DNA of 64,000 nt from Clostridia bacterium (GTDB taxonomy: Bacteria; Bacillota; Clostridia; RGIG6154), in contig JAZRDC010000068.1 in the NCBI GenBank assembly GCA_045660065.1, positions 10,908 through 74,907 on the forward strand. The letters are read 5' to 3'. The notes beneath the pieces were generated by a model. It was not told the origin of the DNA and searched no databases. It saw only the letters and a list, made by a program, of their open reading frames with translations. Every line of letters begins with the position of its first letter. Position 1 is the stretch's first letter. Below are positions 1-8,811 of this stretch, piece after piece. The translations under genes were made by a program, and so were the position numbers.

Positions 1-1836
1 ACAGTTTCAAAGACTGATATGATGGCAGTTGAACTTGAAACCACACTTTCAGGTAATTCTGCATCAGCTGTTGCAAACTTAAACAGCCTCTTCGGCGAAG
101 ATCTTAACGCAACAGTTATGATTGCTGCGTACGATGAGTACAACAGACTCATCGGCGTTAAAACACAGGATAAATTTGTAACAGACGAAAACGACACAAT
201 TTCTGTTGAATACAAAGATGTTCCGACTGTTGAACGTCTTATTGCTTATGTTTGGGAATCAACAACATCACTTATCCCTTATATGGGTCAGGTTTCAATT
301 GAACTTCCAAATGCAGTTAAAGACCTTGTAATTCACCCGGGTTCAGACGAAACAAAGAGAAGATTTACATGGTACAACACTCAGGAAACATCAGGCGCTC
401 AGGTTCAGTATGCTTTAAAAGCAGACTACATTAAAGACGGCGGATTTACTGCTGAAAATTCAATAGTTGTTGAAGGCAGAACTGAAGTTCCTCACATGAA
501 CACAAAAGATTTAAGCTGCAAGGCTGAAATCGAAGGTTTGGAATTGGGAACAGAATATGTTTACAGAGTAGGCAGTGCTTATTCATTTGACAAAAATGTT
601 TACTCATTCAAAACACACGAAGTTGAAGACAAACAGGTGTTTGCAATTGTTTCTGATATTCATAACAATATGAGAAGCAATGCATCACTTGAAGATTCAG
701 CGGCTGTAGAGGTAATTAAACGTAACAGCAACGCTTTCAACAGCCTTATGAAAATATATCCTGAAACACAGTTTATCATTTCAGCAGGCGACAATATATC
801 AATCGGCGGTAACGGATACGAAGTAGACGATACAAACAAAGAAAGTTATCGTGTAATTCAGGAACTTGAAATGGATCAGCTTTTTGCACCAAGTATCTTC
901 AGAAACGTTCCATTTATTTCAGCTACAGGTAACCACGAAACAATGAAAATCGGTGAACCACATGGCGGTGTTACAAAATACCACTACAACGTGCCTAACG
1001 AAATGTATAATGAAAAGGGTGTAATTGGTTCATATCTCAACACAAATCAGATTGGTAACTGGTGGTTCAGAAACGGCGATGTTCTTGTAATTAGTATTAT
1101 GTTGCACAAAACCATAAAAACCGGTAATTATGTCAATGTTACAGCTGCAGCAAATAAAGAATATATCGAAGCAGCTTTGGAAGCAAATCCTGATGCAAAG
1201 TGGAAGATTGTAATCAATCACGTTCCTGCATACGGTTCTGTTGTTCACACAGGTGAAGAACACGACCAGAGAGACTTATTTGCAGAGCTTGGTCTTGACG
1301 AACTTGGTATTGACGCAGTTATTTCAGGTCATCAGCATGCATACTCACGTTCAAAACAGCTTCTTACAAATAAGTACGAAGATACTGAAACATTTACATT
1401 TACAAGCAAAAACAACAAACAGTTTACAATGATGAAACCTAAAGTTGTAGAAGGTGCAATCATTGACGGTGTTGATGCAAAGGGAAATCAGTTAGATACT
1501 GCAATTGATCCAAAAGGTACAGTTCATATTGATGTTCCATCATTCGGTGCCAGCTCACACGACACCATGGTTGCTGATTTTAAAGACTTTATTGAAGCAC
1601 ATGGTATATCAGTTAAAGATAAAGCGAAATGGCCTGATCAGACAATTATCCCTGCTGATGAAATGGAAGACGCACTCCCTGTTGCACCGCCATCAATACT
1701 TTTCGTAACAGTTGAAAAGAACACAGATGGTACAGAACAGATTAAATTTGAGTATGTTAAGACTTATGCAAACAAGGCAACAGAATCAGATAAATTCGAC
1801 GTGTTAGATACATACATCATCAAAAAAACAAAATAA
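1..1836 (+). CDS. Secreted purple-acid-phosphatase-like metallophosphoesterase with FN3-like domain; 5' part lies upstream of the window
   Basis: Frame is open from base 1. Calcineurin-like motifs SDIH, GDN, GNHE, NH and GHQH; FN3-like YxYRVG segment; Clostridial exported-protein module (AAYDEYNRLIG...YVWES...PY). Confidence 0.8.
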   Translation, partial: TVSKTDMMAVELETTLSGNSASAVANLNSLFGEDLNATVMIAAYDEYNRLIGVKTQDKFVTDENDTISVEYKDVPTVERLIAYVWESTTSLIPYMGQVSIELPNAVKDLVIHPGSDETKRRFTWYNTQETSGAQVQYALKADYIKDGGFTAENSIVVEGRTEVPHMNTKDLSCKAEIEGLELGTEYVYRVGSAYSFDKNVYSFKTHEVEDKQVFAIVSDIHNNMRSNASLEDSAAVEVIKRNSNAFNSLMKIYPETQFIISAGDNISIGGNGYEVDDTNKESYRVIQELEMDQLFAPSIFRNVPFISATGNHETMKIGEPHGGVTKYHYNVPNEMYNEKGVIGSYLNTNQIGNWWFRNGDVLVISIMLHKTIKTGNYVNVTAAANKEYIEAALEANPDAKWKIVINHVPAYGSVVHTGEEHDQRDLFAELGLDELGIDAVISGHQHAYSRSKQLLTNKYEDTETFTFTSKNNKQFTMMKPKVVEGAIIDGVDAKGNQLDTAIDPKGTVHIDVPSFGASSHDTMVADFKDFIEAHGISVKDKAKWPDQTIIPADEMEDALPVAPPSILFVTVEKNTDGTEQIKFEYVKTYANKATESDKFDVLDTYIIKKTK

Positions 1837-1840
1837 TATT

Positions 1841-1875
1841 AAATCCTCATCGTTTTTTAAATGATGGGGATTTTT
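1841..1875 (+). terminator. Intrinsic terminator
   Basis: aaatcctcatcgttt/aaatgatggggattt stem with T-run, directly after the stop codon. Confidence 0.8.
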
Positions 1876-1956
1876 ATATAATTCAGTTTGAGTGACTTTG
1901 AAAATTAATTATGATATACTTAGCGCGATGGGTAGGGGATAATTCTGAAATGCAGA

Positions 1957-1995
1957 AAAAACAAACAACGCTTTTTAAGGCGTTGTTTGTTTTAT
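1957..1995. terminator. Bidirectional terminator (AraC gene 3' end)
   Basis: aaaacaaacaacgc/gcgttgtttgtttt inverted repeat. Confidence 0.75.
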
Positions 1996-2043
1996 TTACA
2001 GAAGATTAACTTTTTTGTAATTCGCCTTGACATATGGATGCTG

Positions 2044-2883
2044 TCAGTTTTCTTTTATATGTTTTCCCGGAGTGGTATTTTCAAGTTCTTTAAAGGTGCG
2101 GCAAAATGACTGCACCGAAGAAAATCCGCATTTTGCTGCAACAGATGCAACGGAATTATCTATATACAAGAGTTCTTTTGCACGTGATATGCGAAGCAAA
2201 CGGATATATTCTGAAAGCGTCGTATGTGCTTGAGATTTAAAAAGTTTTGAAAGATAGTCGGTGCTTAAGCCTAAATAGTTAGCGGTGCTTTTTGCGCAAA
2301 GTGATGAATCACTGAAGTGTGCTTCGATATATTGCATAGCGCGGAAAACATAGTCGGTTTTGTGATGCAGGGTGCTTTCTTCGGCGATTTCATTTTCATC
2401 TAAAAACAAGGCAATAAGTTCAAGCATTTTTTGTTTTAAAAGCAGGTGGTGAGAGTCATCGCCTGCCTTTTTTGTTTCATTTATACATTTGCAGATTTCT
2501 GTGATGCGGGCAAGATGCTTTGTCGCAATTTTATAGCAACACTTGTCTGCAAAATACATTTCATTGGAAGAAAGCGGTCTGTTTTTATCTTTGTGGGATA
2601 CAGGGGTTTCTGTTTCAAACAAATCAAAATAGATGTAGATAAGTTCTAATGGTTCGTCTGAATGGTTTTCAATTATCTGATGCATATATGGAGGTATGAT
2701 TTCCATTGTTCCGGGGGTAAGAGTTCGCCTGCATCCGTTTACTTCGTGTATGCCGGAACCGTTAAGTACATGAATAAATATATTGCAACTTTCAGAGGAA
2801 ACTGCGTAGGGAAGATGTCGGATGTGGCGTATAGTTTTACCACTATGCAAAACAACGGGGGAGATTTGCGTGATTTTTTTTAT
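2044..2883 (-). CDS. AraC-family transcriptional regulator (cupin plus HTH); start apparently ATA
   Basis: C-terminal AraC HTH (LSTDYLSKLFK...VAAKCGFSSVQSFCRTFK). SD AAAGGA sits 9 nt before ATA-AAA-AAA-ATC at 2883. The ORF-track extension to 2997 reads like non-coding AT-rich DNA. Confidence 0.85.
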   Translation of the reverse strand: MKKITQISPVVLHSGKTIRHIRHLPYAVSSESCNIFIHVLNGSGIHEVNGCRRTLTPGTMEIIPPYMHQIIENHSDEPLELIYIYFDLFETETPVSHKDKNRPLSSNEMYFADKCCYKIATKHLARITEICKCINETKKAGDDSHHLLLKQKMLELIALFLDENEIAEESTLHHKTDYVFRAMQYIEAHFSDSSLCAKSTANYLGLSTDYLSKLFKSQAHTTLSEYIRLLRISRAKELLYIDNSVASVAAKCGFSSVQSFCRTFKELENTTPGKHIKEN

Positions 2884-2958
2884 GTTTATCAGTCCTTTTT
2901 TGTAATATATAATAATAGTAATATAATTTTTGACGTTTGTAAAGCGCTTTTTTAAGAA

Positions 2959-2992
2959 AAATATCGTGTTTTGATAATAAAATACGATATTT
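2959..2992. promoter_or_regulatory. Inverted repeat in the divergent AraC/GH127 promoter region (candidate operator); LacI/CcpA-like core aaagcgcttt nearby at 2941-2950
   Basis: aaatatcgtgtttt-gataat-aaaatacgatattt. Confidence 0.4.
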
Positions 2993-3058
2993 GGCAATTG
3001 ACAATTATCAAATTACGAATTAAACTGAAATAAAGTATGTTAATAGGGAGAGATAACC

Positions 3059-4987
3059 GTGAAAGAATATAAAGTAAAAGACTTATTCGCTGAAGCACGA
3101 ATGGAAGATGTATGCATAAATGGTAAAATCGGTGCTTTGATGGACACATTCTTCAGGGAAAGAGTGTTGTCTGATTTTGCTAAAAATGTTATATATAAAG
3201 AAACTGAAGATGCTTTCCGCAATCAGATTGATGATGAAGCAGGAATTTATGGCATCTGGCAGGGCGAATACTGGGGTAAATGGGTTATAAGTGCGGCAAG
3301 AGTTGCAAGGTATTACGGGAACGAAGAACTCAAAGCCTTTTTGAAAAAGGCGGCATATAATCTTATGGAGTTCCAACGCGAAGACGGATATCTTGGTACA
3401 TATAAAGACTCTGCTTTTGTGTATCCTGCTGACCCTGAAGTTACCAAAGCCACTTTAGGTTGGGAGTGCAACTGGAACTGGAACATCTGGTGCAGAAAAT
3501 ACACTCTTTGGGGAATGGTTGAACTTTATCAGCTTCTTGGCGACAAAAAAATCCTTGAATGTGCTGTCCGCCATGCAAGTCAGTTGGTTGATGAAGTTAA
3601 AGAGAAAAATATTATAGTTGCAAAAACAGGAACTTTTTCAGGTGTTGCAAGTTGTTCTATTATGAAACCGATTCTTATTTTGTATCGCATTACAGAAGAT
3701 AAAAAATATCTTGATTTCTGCCTTGAAATTGCAGATTATTGGGAAAAAGAAAAACCGGGACTTATTGTTAACTCTTTAGCGGACAAAGACACCTGGGATT
3801 GGTATGATGATTTTAAATCATGGTCAAAGACCTATGAATCTCTTTCTTGTTTTGACGGATTGTTGGAACTTTATCGTGTAACAGGTGAGAAAAAATATCT
3901 TGATGCTACCGAAAAATTTTATGAAATCTTAGAAAGATGCGAAAAAAATCTTTTGTTCAGCGTTGGATATAACGATAACTACAGTAATGCTATAGCAGAA
4001 ATTAATGCTCTTACAGAACCTTGCGATGCAATTCATTATATCCGTGTTTGTCACGAGTTATTTAAACTCACAGGCAAGGTGAAATATCTTGACAGCTTAG
4101 AACTTTGCTATTTTAATCCTATGCTTGCAAGTCCCTGTAAAGACGGCAAGTGGGGAGCAAGAGTTGTCAGAGGCGCAAGTATGCAGGGGTATGCACACTA
4201 TCAGGCGAAAATGGAGCATAGCCATTGTTGCGTAAATAATATTCCAAGAGGTCTTTTGAACATAACAGAATGCTCTGTTATGACAAAGGGAAGTCAGTTG
4301 TTTGTGAATATGTACCATAACTATGATGCGTCTGTTGAAATTGACGGAAAGGCAGTAAAAGTAACTGTTAAAGGCGATTATGTTGCAGACAGCAGTGCGA
4401 AAATATATATCGATTCTTTGGTTGATGTTGTTTTGCGTATTCCTTTCTGGACAAAAACAGGAAAAGTTGTTGTAAACGGAAAAGAATTTATTGCAGAAGC
4501 AGGATTCTTTGCAATCAAAGCCACAGACATTCCTGAAATCGGCAAAAATACTATTGAAATTGAAATCGAATTTGACAACAGTGTTCAGATTTATCAGTTC
4601 AAAAAGCCTGTACCTCAGCATAAAGAGGGGGAATGGTGGTATCACAGCTGGTGCTGTTACAGAAACGGCGAGGAATGGAATTTTGACAAACACTTCGGCA
4701 GAAGCTTTTTAAACAGTCCTCGATGCACCTTAAGAAAAGGTGTTGTGCTTTTAAGCAGAAGTAAACTTATCGGCAACACCTCAGAAGAAATGTTTGACGG
4801 CATAAATCTTATCGATGACCAGTATACATGCACACTTCAAAAGTGCGAAACAGATGCAGATGTTCAGGGGATGTGGCTTGCAACCTTTACAAAAGGTGAT
4901 AAGAGCTTTACAACAAAAGTTTGCGATTTCCCATTTGCGGCAAACTTCGAACAGGCAGATCACGAATATTTCTCAATGTATTTTTAA
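3059..4987 (+). CDS. Glycoside hydrolase family 127/146 (beta-L-arabinofuranosidase-like, DUF1680)
   Basis: E-x-C (TEPCD) and CC (HSHCCVNN) Zn/catalytic motifs; GEYWGKW and NWNIW..KY segments typical of the family. Confidence 0.85.
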   Translation: MKEYKVKDLFAEARMEDVCINGKIGALMDTFFRERVLSDFAKNVIYKETEDAFRNQIDDEAGIYGIWQGEYWGKWVISAARVARYYGNEELKAFLKKAAYNLMEFQREDGYLGTYKDSAFVYPADPEVTKATLGWECNWNWNIWCRKYTLWGMVELYQLLGDKKILECAVRHASQLVDEVKEKNIIVAKTGTFSGVASCSIMKPILILYRITEDKKYLDFCLEIADYWEKEKPGLIVNSLADKDTWDWYDDFKSWSKTYESLSCFDGLLELYRVTGEKKYLDATEKFYEILERCEKNLLFSVGYNDNYSNAIAEINALTEPCDAIHYIRVCHELFKLTGKVKYLDSLELCYFNPMLASPCKDGKWGARVVRGASMQGYAHYQAKMEHSHCCVNNIPRGLLNITECSVMTKGSQLFVNMYHNYDASVEIDGKAVKVTVKGDYVADSSAKIYIDSLVDVVLRIPFWTKTGKVVVNGKEFIAEAGFFAIKATDIPEIGKNTIEIEIEFDNSVQIYQFKKPVPQHKEGEWWYHSWCCYRNGEEWNFDKHFGRSFLNSPRCTLRKGVVLLSRSKLIGNTSEEMFDGINLIDDQYTCTLQKCETDADVQGMWLATFTKGDKSFTTKVCDFPFAANFEQADHEYFSMYF

Positions 4988-4995
4988 TAAAAAAG

Positions 4996-5027
4996 GAGAA
5001 AACTCAACGGAGTTTTCTTCTTTTTTT
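4996..5027 (+). terminator. Intrinsic terminator
   Basis: agaaaactc-aacg-gagttttct followed by T-run. Confidence 0.8.
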
Positions 5028-5109
5028 ATTGAAATTGAAGAAAAAATGTGGTATAATTGGCAAATAGACGATTTGGTGGATTTACACTTTTTCATATGGA
5101 TATGAGGAG

Positions 5110-5805
5110 ATGAAACGAAAAATGGAAGAAAAAATTTTTGAGGGACTTAATTATCTGATATCTTATCCGAAGGGATTTCAGGAAGATAGAAAATATCCTT
5201 TAGTTATATTTTTGCACGGTGCAGGAACTCGTGGAGAAACAACAGAACTCTTAAGAAACAACAAGTGTGTTCAAAACCTTATAAAACGTCAGGATGAAAG
5301 AGGTTATATCCTTGTTGCCCCGCTTTGTAAAAGAGGGGACTGGTTCGAATGGATGTCCATTTTGGTTCATTTGGTAGAAACTTACCGTGAAATTTCGTAT
5401 ATTGACAAAACCCGTATTCATCTGACCGGTAACAGTATGGGTGGTTACGGCACTTGGGCGCTTGCTATATTGCATCCTGATTGGTTTGCCTCGGCAATGC
5501 CAATTTGTGGTGGAGGTATCGGCGCATTTGCAATGAACTTGGTGAATCTTCCTATCCGTACCTTTCACGGCCTTCGGGATAAAACGGTAGATCCTATCGA
5601 AAGTCTGCAGATGGTAAAAGCCGTGAATATGAATGGCGGTTATGCCGAGCTGATTCTATTTCCGGAACATGCTCATAATTGCTGGGATGAGGTTTACTCG
5701 GACGAAAAAAACTACGATTGGCTACTTTCTTTCAGTAATTCTCAGGATAATCCAGTATCAGAAGATGTTTCTACAACTTATTATGGTAATAATAGCAATT
5801 TTTAG
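5110..5805 (+). CDS. Alpha/beta-hydrolase (phospholipase/carboxylesterase-type esterase)
   Basis: FLHGAG, nucleophile motif GNSMGG, HG..D and HNCW triad motifs. Confidence 0.85.
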   Translation: MKRKMEEKIFEGLNYLISYPKGFQEDRKYPLVIFLHGAGTRGETTELLRNNKCVQNLIKRQDERGYILVAPLCKRGDWFEWMSILVHLVETYREISYIDKTRIHLTGNSMGGYGTWALAILHPDWFASAMPICGGGIGAFAMNLVNLPIRTFHGLRDKTVDPIESLQMVKAVNMNGGYAELILFPEHAHNCWDEVYSDEKNYDWLLSFSNSQDNPVSEDVSTTYYGNNSNF

Positions 5806-5945
5806 GCATAATTGCCGGATCTGGCCGACTACTAAAAATATTGGTGTCTGGAGTGTACACGATTCCATAATACTTTTTTAACAACAAACAGAACAGATAT
5901 AAATGGTGTTTTGCAGATGCAGACACTAAAAAGCGAGAGATTTAT

Positions 5946-6800
5946 ATGTATAAAATTATTGACAAAAAAATATTGAATCCTACGGTAATTCAGCTTATGA
6001 TTGAAGCACCTTTGGTTGCAAACAAAGCAAAACCAGGGCAGTTTATTATCCTTCGCGTGGACGAAGAGGGAGAAAGAATTCCTCTTACAGTTGCAGGTGT
6101 TAATAAGGAAAATGGGACTGTTAAAATCATTTTTCAGGTGGTAGGCGGAACAACCAAAAGACTTTCATACAAGGAAGCAGGGGAGTATATTCAGGATTTC
6201 GTTGGCCCTTTGGGTGAAGCAACACATCTTGATGGACTTAAAAAAGTCTGTATCGTAGGCGGTGGCGTTGGTTGCGCTATTGCTATGCCTGTTGCACAGG
6301 AATTGCACAGACTTGGTGCTGAAGTTACAAGCATTATCGGTTTCAGAAACAAAGACCTTTTGATATTGGAAGATGAGTTTAAGGCTTGTTCTGACAGATT
6401 ACATATTATGACAGATGACGGCTCATACGGAAGAGAAGGAAATGTTACAATTCCTTTGAAAGAAATGTTAGATGAGGGCGAAAAGTTTGATATGATTATC
6501 ACAATCGGGCCTTTGATTATGATGAAGTTTGTAGTTGAAACTGCAAGACCATTCGGCATACCTGTTACTGCGTCTATGAATCCTATTATGATAGACGGAA
6601 CAGGAATGTGTGGCGGTTGCAGATTGACGCTTAACGTTGACGGCAAAAAGGTAACGAAGTTTGCCTGCGTTGACGGTCCTGATTTTAACGGATACGAGAT
6701 TGATTTCGATGAGGCAATGTCAAGGGGAAGAATGTATTCTGACTTTGAACGTCACGCCTTTGAAGAAAGTTGCAATCTCTTTAATAAGGAGGTGCTTTGA
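5946..6800 (+). CDS. nfnA: NfnA, electron-bifurcating transhydrogenase small subunit (copy 1)
   Basis: PGQFIILR..GERIPLT, GGGVG, DGTGMCGGCR...CVDGPDF; paired with nfnB. Confidence 0.85.
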   Translation: MYKIIDKKILNPTVIQLMIEAPLVANKAKPGQFIILRVDEEGERIPLTVAGVNKENGTVKIIFQVVGGTTKRLSYKEAGEYIQDFVGPLGEATHLDGLKKVCIVGGGVGCAIAMPVAQELHRLGAEVTSIIGFRNKDLLILEDEFKACSDRLHIMTDDGSYGREGNVTIPLKEMLDEGEKFDMIITIGPLIMMKFVVETARPFGIPVTASMNPIMIDGTGMCGGCRLTLNVDGKKVTKFACVDGPDFNGYEIDFDEAMSRGRMYSDFERHAFEESCNLFNKEVL

Positions 6801-6802
6801 TA

Positions 6803-8209
6803 ATGGCAAATATGGCACCAAAAAGAAACGAAATGCCAACACAGGATGCATTGGTCAGAGCACATAACTTTGATGAAGTTGCTCTTGGCTATTCAGAAGA
6901 AACTGCCATTGACGAGGCAATGAGATGTCTTAATTGCAAAAATATGCCTTGTGTTGACGGTTGCCCCGTAAAAATAAATATTCCTTCTTTTATTGCTAAA
7001 ATTAAAGAAGGAGAGTTTGAAGAAGCATATCAGATTATAACAAAATCATCTTCACTTCCTGCAGTTTGCGGAAGAGTTTGCCCACAGGAAACACAGTGCG
7101 AATCAAAATGCGTTCGCGGTATTAAAGGCGAGTCTGTGGGAATCGGAAGATTAGAGCGTTTTGTGGCAGACTGGCACAATACATTTTGTGATAGCGAAGT
7201 TGTGCGTCCTGAATCAAACGGACACAAGGTTGCGGTTGTAGGGTCAGGCCCGTCAGGTCTTACCTGCGCAGGGGATCTTGCAAAAAAAGGCTATGAAGTT
7301 ACAGTTTATGAGGCACTTCACGCCGCAGGCGGCGTGCTTGTGTATGGTATACCTGAATTCAGACTGCCAAAGAAAATTGTTGCAAAAGAAGTAAACACTT
7401 TAGAAAAATTAGGTGTAAAAATAGAAACAAACGTTGTAATTGGCAAAACTCTTACTATCGACGAGCTTTTTGATATGGGCTTTGAAGCGGTGTTTGTAGG
7501 ATCAGGTGCAGGTCTGCCTAACTTTATGGGAATACCGGGCGAGTCATTAAAAGGCGTGTATTCTGCAAATGAGTTTTTAACAAGAAGCAACCTTATGAAA
7601 GCATATCTTTCAAATTCACAGACACCTGTTATGAAAGGCGGAAAAGTTGCAGTAGTAGGTGGCGGAAACGTTGCTATGGATGCGGCAAGAACTGCTTTAA
7701 GACTTGGTGCGGAAAAGGTTTATATTGTGTACCGCCGTTCAATGGACGAGCTTCCTGCAAGACGTGAGGAAGTAGAACATGCAGAGGAAGAAGGAATTGA
7801 ATTCAGACTTCTTTGCAATCCTTTGGAAATCATCGGCTACAACAATCCCGACGATCCAAGAGATGCCCAAAACGGTTTTGTTACAGGCATGACTTGCATA
7901 AAAATGGAACTTGGCGAGCCTGATGAAAAAGGCAGAAGACGTCCTGTGGAAATCCCGGGCAGTGAATTTACCATTAATGTTGACACTGTTATTATGTCAA
8001 TCGGTACATCACCAAATCCTTTGATAAAATCTACAACAGAAGGCCTGGAAGTAAATTCAAGAGGCGGAATTGTTGTAAACGAAGAGGGTCTTACATCAAG
8101 AAGCGGAATTTATGCAGGCGGCGATGCGGTAACAGGTGCGGCAACAGTAATTTCTGCAATGGGAGCAGGAAAAACTGCAGCTAAAGCCATTGACGAATAT
8201 CTCAAATAA
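6803..8209 (+). CDS. nfnB: NfnB / GltA-like NADPH-dependent oxidoreductase large subunit (copy 1)
   Basis: RCLNCK..PC..GCP Fe-S motifs, CGRVCPQE, GSGPSG, GGGNVAMD, AGGDAVTG; SD aaggaggtg before ATG 6803. Confidence 0.85.
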   Translation: MANMAPKRNEMPTQDALVRAHNFDEVALGYSEETAIDEAMRCLNCKNMPCVDGCPVKINIPSFIAKIKEGEFEEAYQIITKSSSLPAVCGRVCPQETQCESKCVRGIKGESVGIGRLERFVADWHNTFCDSEVVRPESNGHKVAVVGSGPSGLTCAGDLAKKGYEVTVYEALHAAGGVLVYGIPEFRLPKKIVAKEVNTLEKLGVKIETNVVIGKTLTIDELFDMGFEAVFVGSGAGLPNFMGIPGESLKGVYSANEFLTRSNLMKAYLSNSQTPVMKGGKVAVVGGGNVAMDAARTALRLGAEKVYIVYRRSMDELPARREEVEHAEEEGIEFRLLCNPLEIIGYNNPDDPRDAQNGFVTGMTCIKMELGEPDEKGRRRPVEIPGSEFTINVDTVIMSIGTSPNPLIKSTTEGLEVNSRGGIVVNEEGLTSRSGIYAGGDAVTGAATVISAMGAGKTAAKAIDEYLK

Positions 8210-8234
8210 AGAAAAAAGTTGCAAGGAGATTAGT

Positions 8235-8441
8235 ATGACACAGGAACTTTTAGAAAGAATAAATTTTCTGGCAAAAAAATCAAAAGCCGAAGGCCTTTCA
8301 GAAGAAGAAAAAGCAGAACAGCAGGTTCTTCGTGCTCAGTATATAAAAGAGTTTCGTCAGGGTGTGTCAAACACTCTTGACAACACTTATATAATGGACG
8401 AACAAGGCAACAAAAGAAAACTCGAAAGAAGGGGAATGTAA
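8235..8441 (+). CDS. DUF896 (UPF0291) family protein
   Basis: ERINFLAKKSKAEGLSEEEKAEQQ.LR..YI signature; SD aaggag. Confidence 0.85.
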   Translation: MTQELLERINFLAKKSKAEGLSEEEKAEQQVLRAQYIKEFRQGVSNTLDNTYIMDEQGNKRKLERRGM

Positions 8442-8684
8442 AAAAAGCCCAGAACAAAAAAATGGCTTGATATCAATTTGCAAAGTAACAATAAAACTTG
8501 GAATTTTATACAGTAAGTAGAAAATCCTGATAAAATCAGGATTTTCTTTTTAATAAAAGCCATTTTTGTTACGAAAAAACTTCGCCTCTCGACGTACCTT
8601 TGTACGCCTTCGGGTACCCAAACACCAAAGGGAGCCTTTGGCGTTTGCTCAGTTTTTTCGTTCTGAACATTTTTTCCTATCCCC
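8431..8684. repeat. Palindromic intergenic repeat element, copy 1
   Basis: The right ~125 nt is clearly homologous to 30416-30541. Nested inverted repeats. A 16-bp direct repeat occurs at 8427-8442 and 8688-8703. Confidence 0.85.
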
Positions 8685-8687
8685 CGA

Positions 8688-8729
8688 AGAAGGGGAATGT
8701 AAATTAATTTACATTCCCTTTCTTTTTTT
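8688..8729 (+). terminator. Palindromic terminator, probably the original DUF896 terminator
   Basis: gggaatgtaaatt/aatttacattccc followed by T-run; the left arm duplicates the end of the DUF896 gene. Confidence 0.7.
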
Positions 8730-8811
8730 ATGTCAAAGCCCTCAAATATAATAATTGCATTTTATGTCGTTTTATGGTATAATCTAATGTGAATAAGTAG
8801 GGAGTGATTAT

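Noticed and set aside
4097-4693. 198-aa antisense ORF inside GH127, and similar shadow ORFs (6191-6646, 15888-16400, 56968-57507)
   Set aside because: They fully overlap well-supported genes and have no SD or recognizable motifs.
5806-5945. Possible riboswitch before nfnA1 (ggtgtctg and ggtgttttg both complementary to cagacact)
   Set aside because: No recognizable aptamer consensus, no terminator U-tract and no convincing promoter; short pairings could be chance.
6803-8209. Calling nfnB copies glutamate synthase (gltD/gltA)
   Set aside because: No GltB large subunit is present; each copy is paired with an NfnA-type subunit.
8431-8470. Tn3-type terminal inverted repeats for the palindromic element (GGGG ends)
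   Set aside because: The ends pair only imperfectly, no 5-bp duplication is evident and no Tn3 transposase is in view; kept only as a hypothesis to test.
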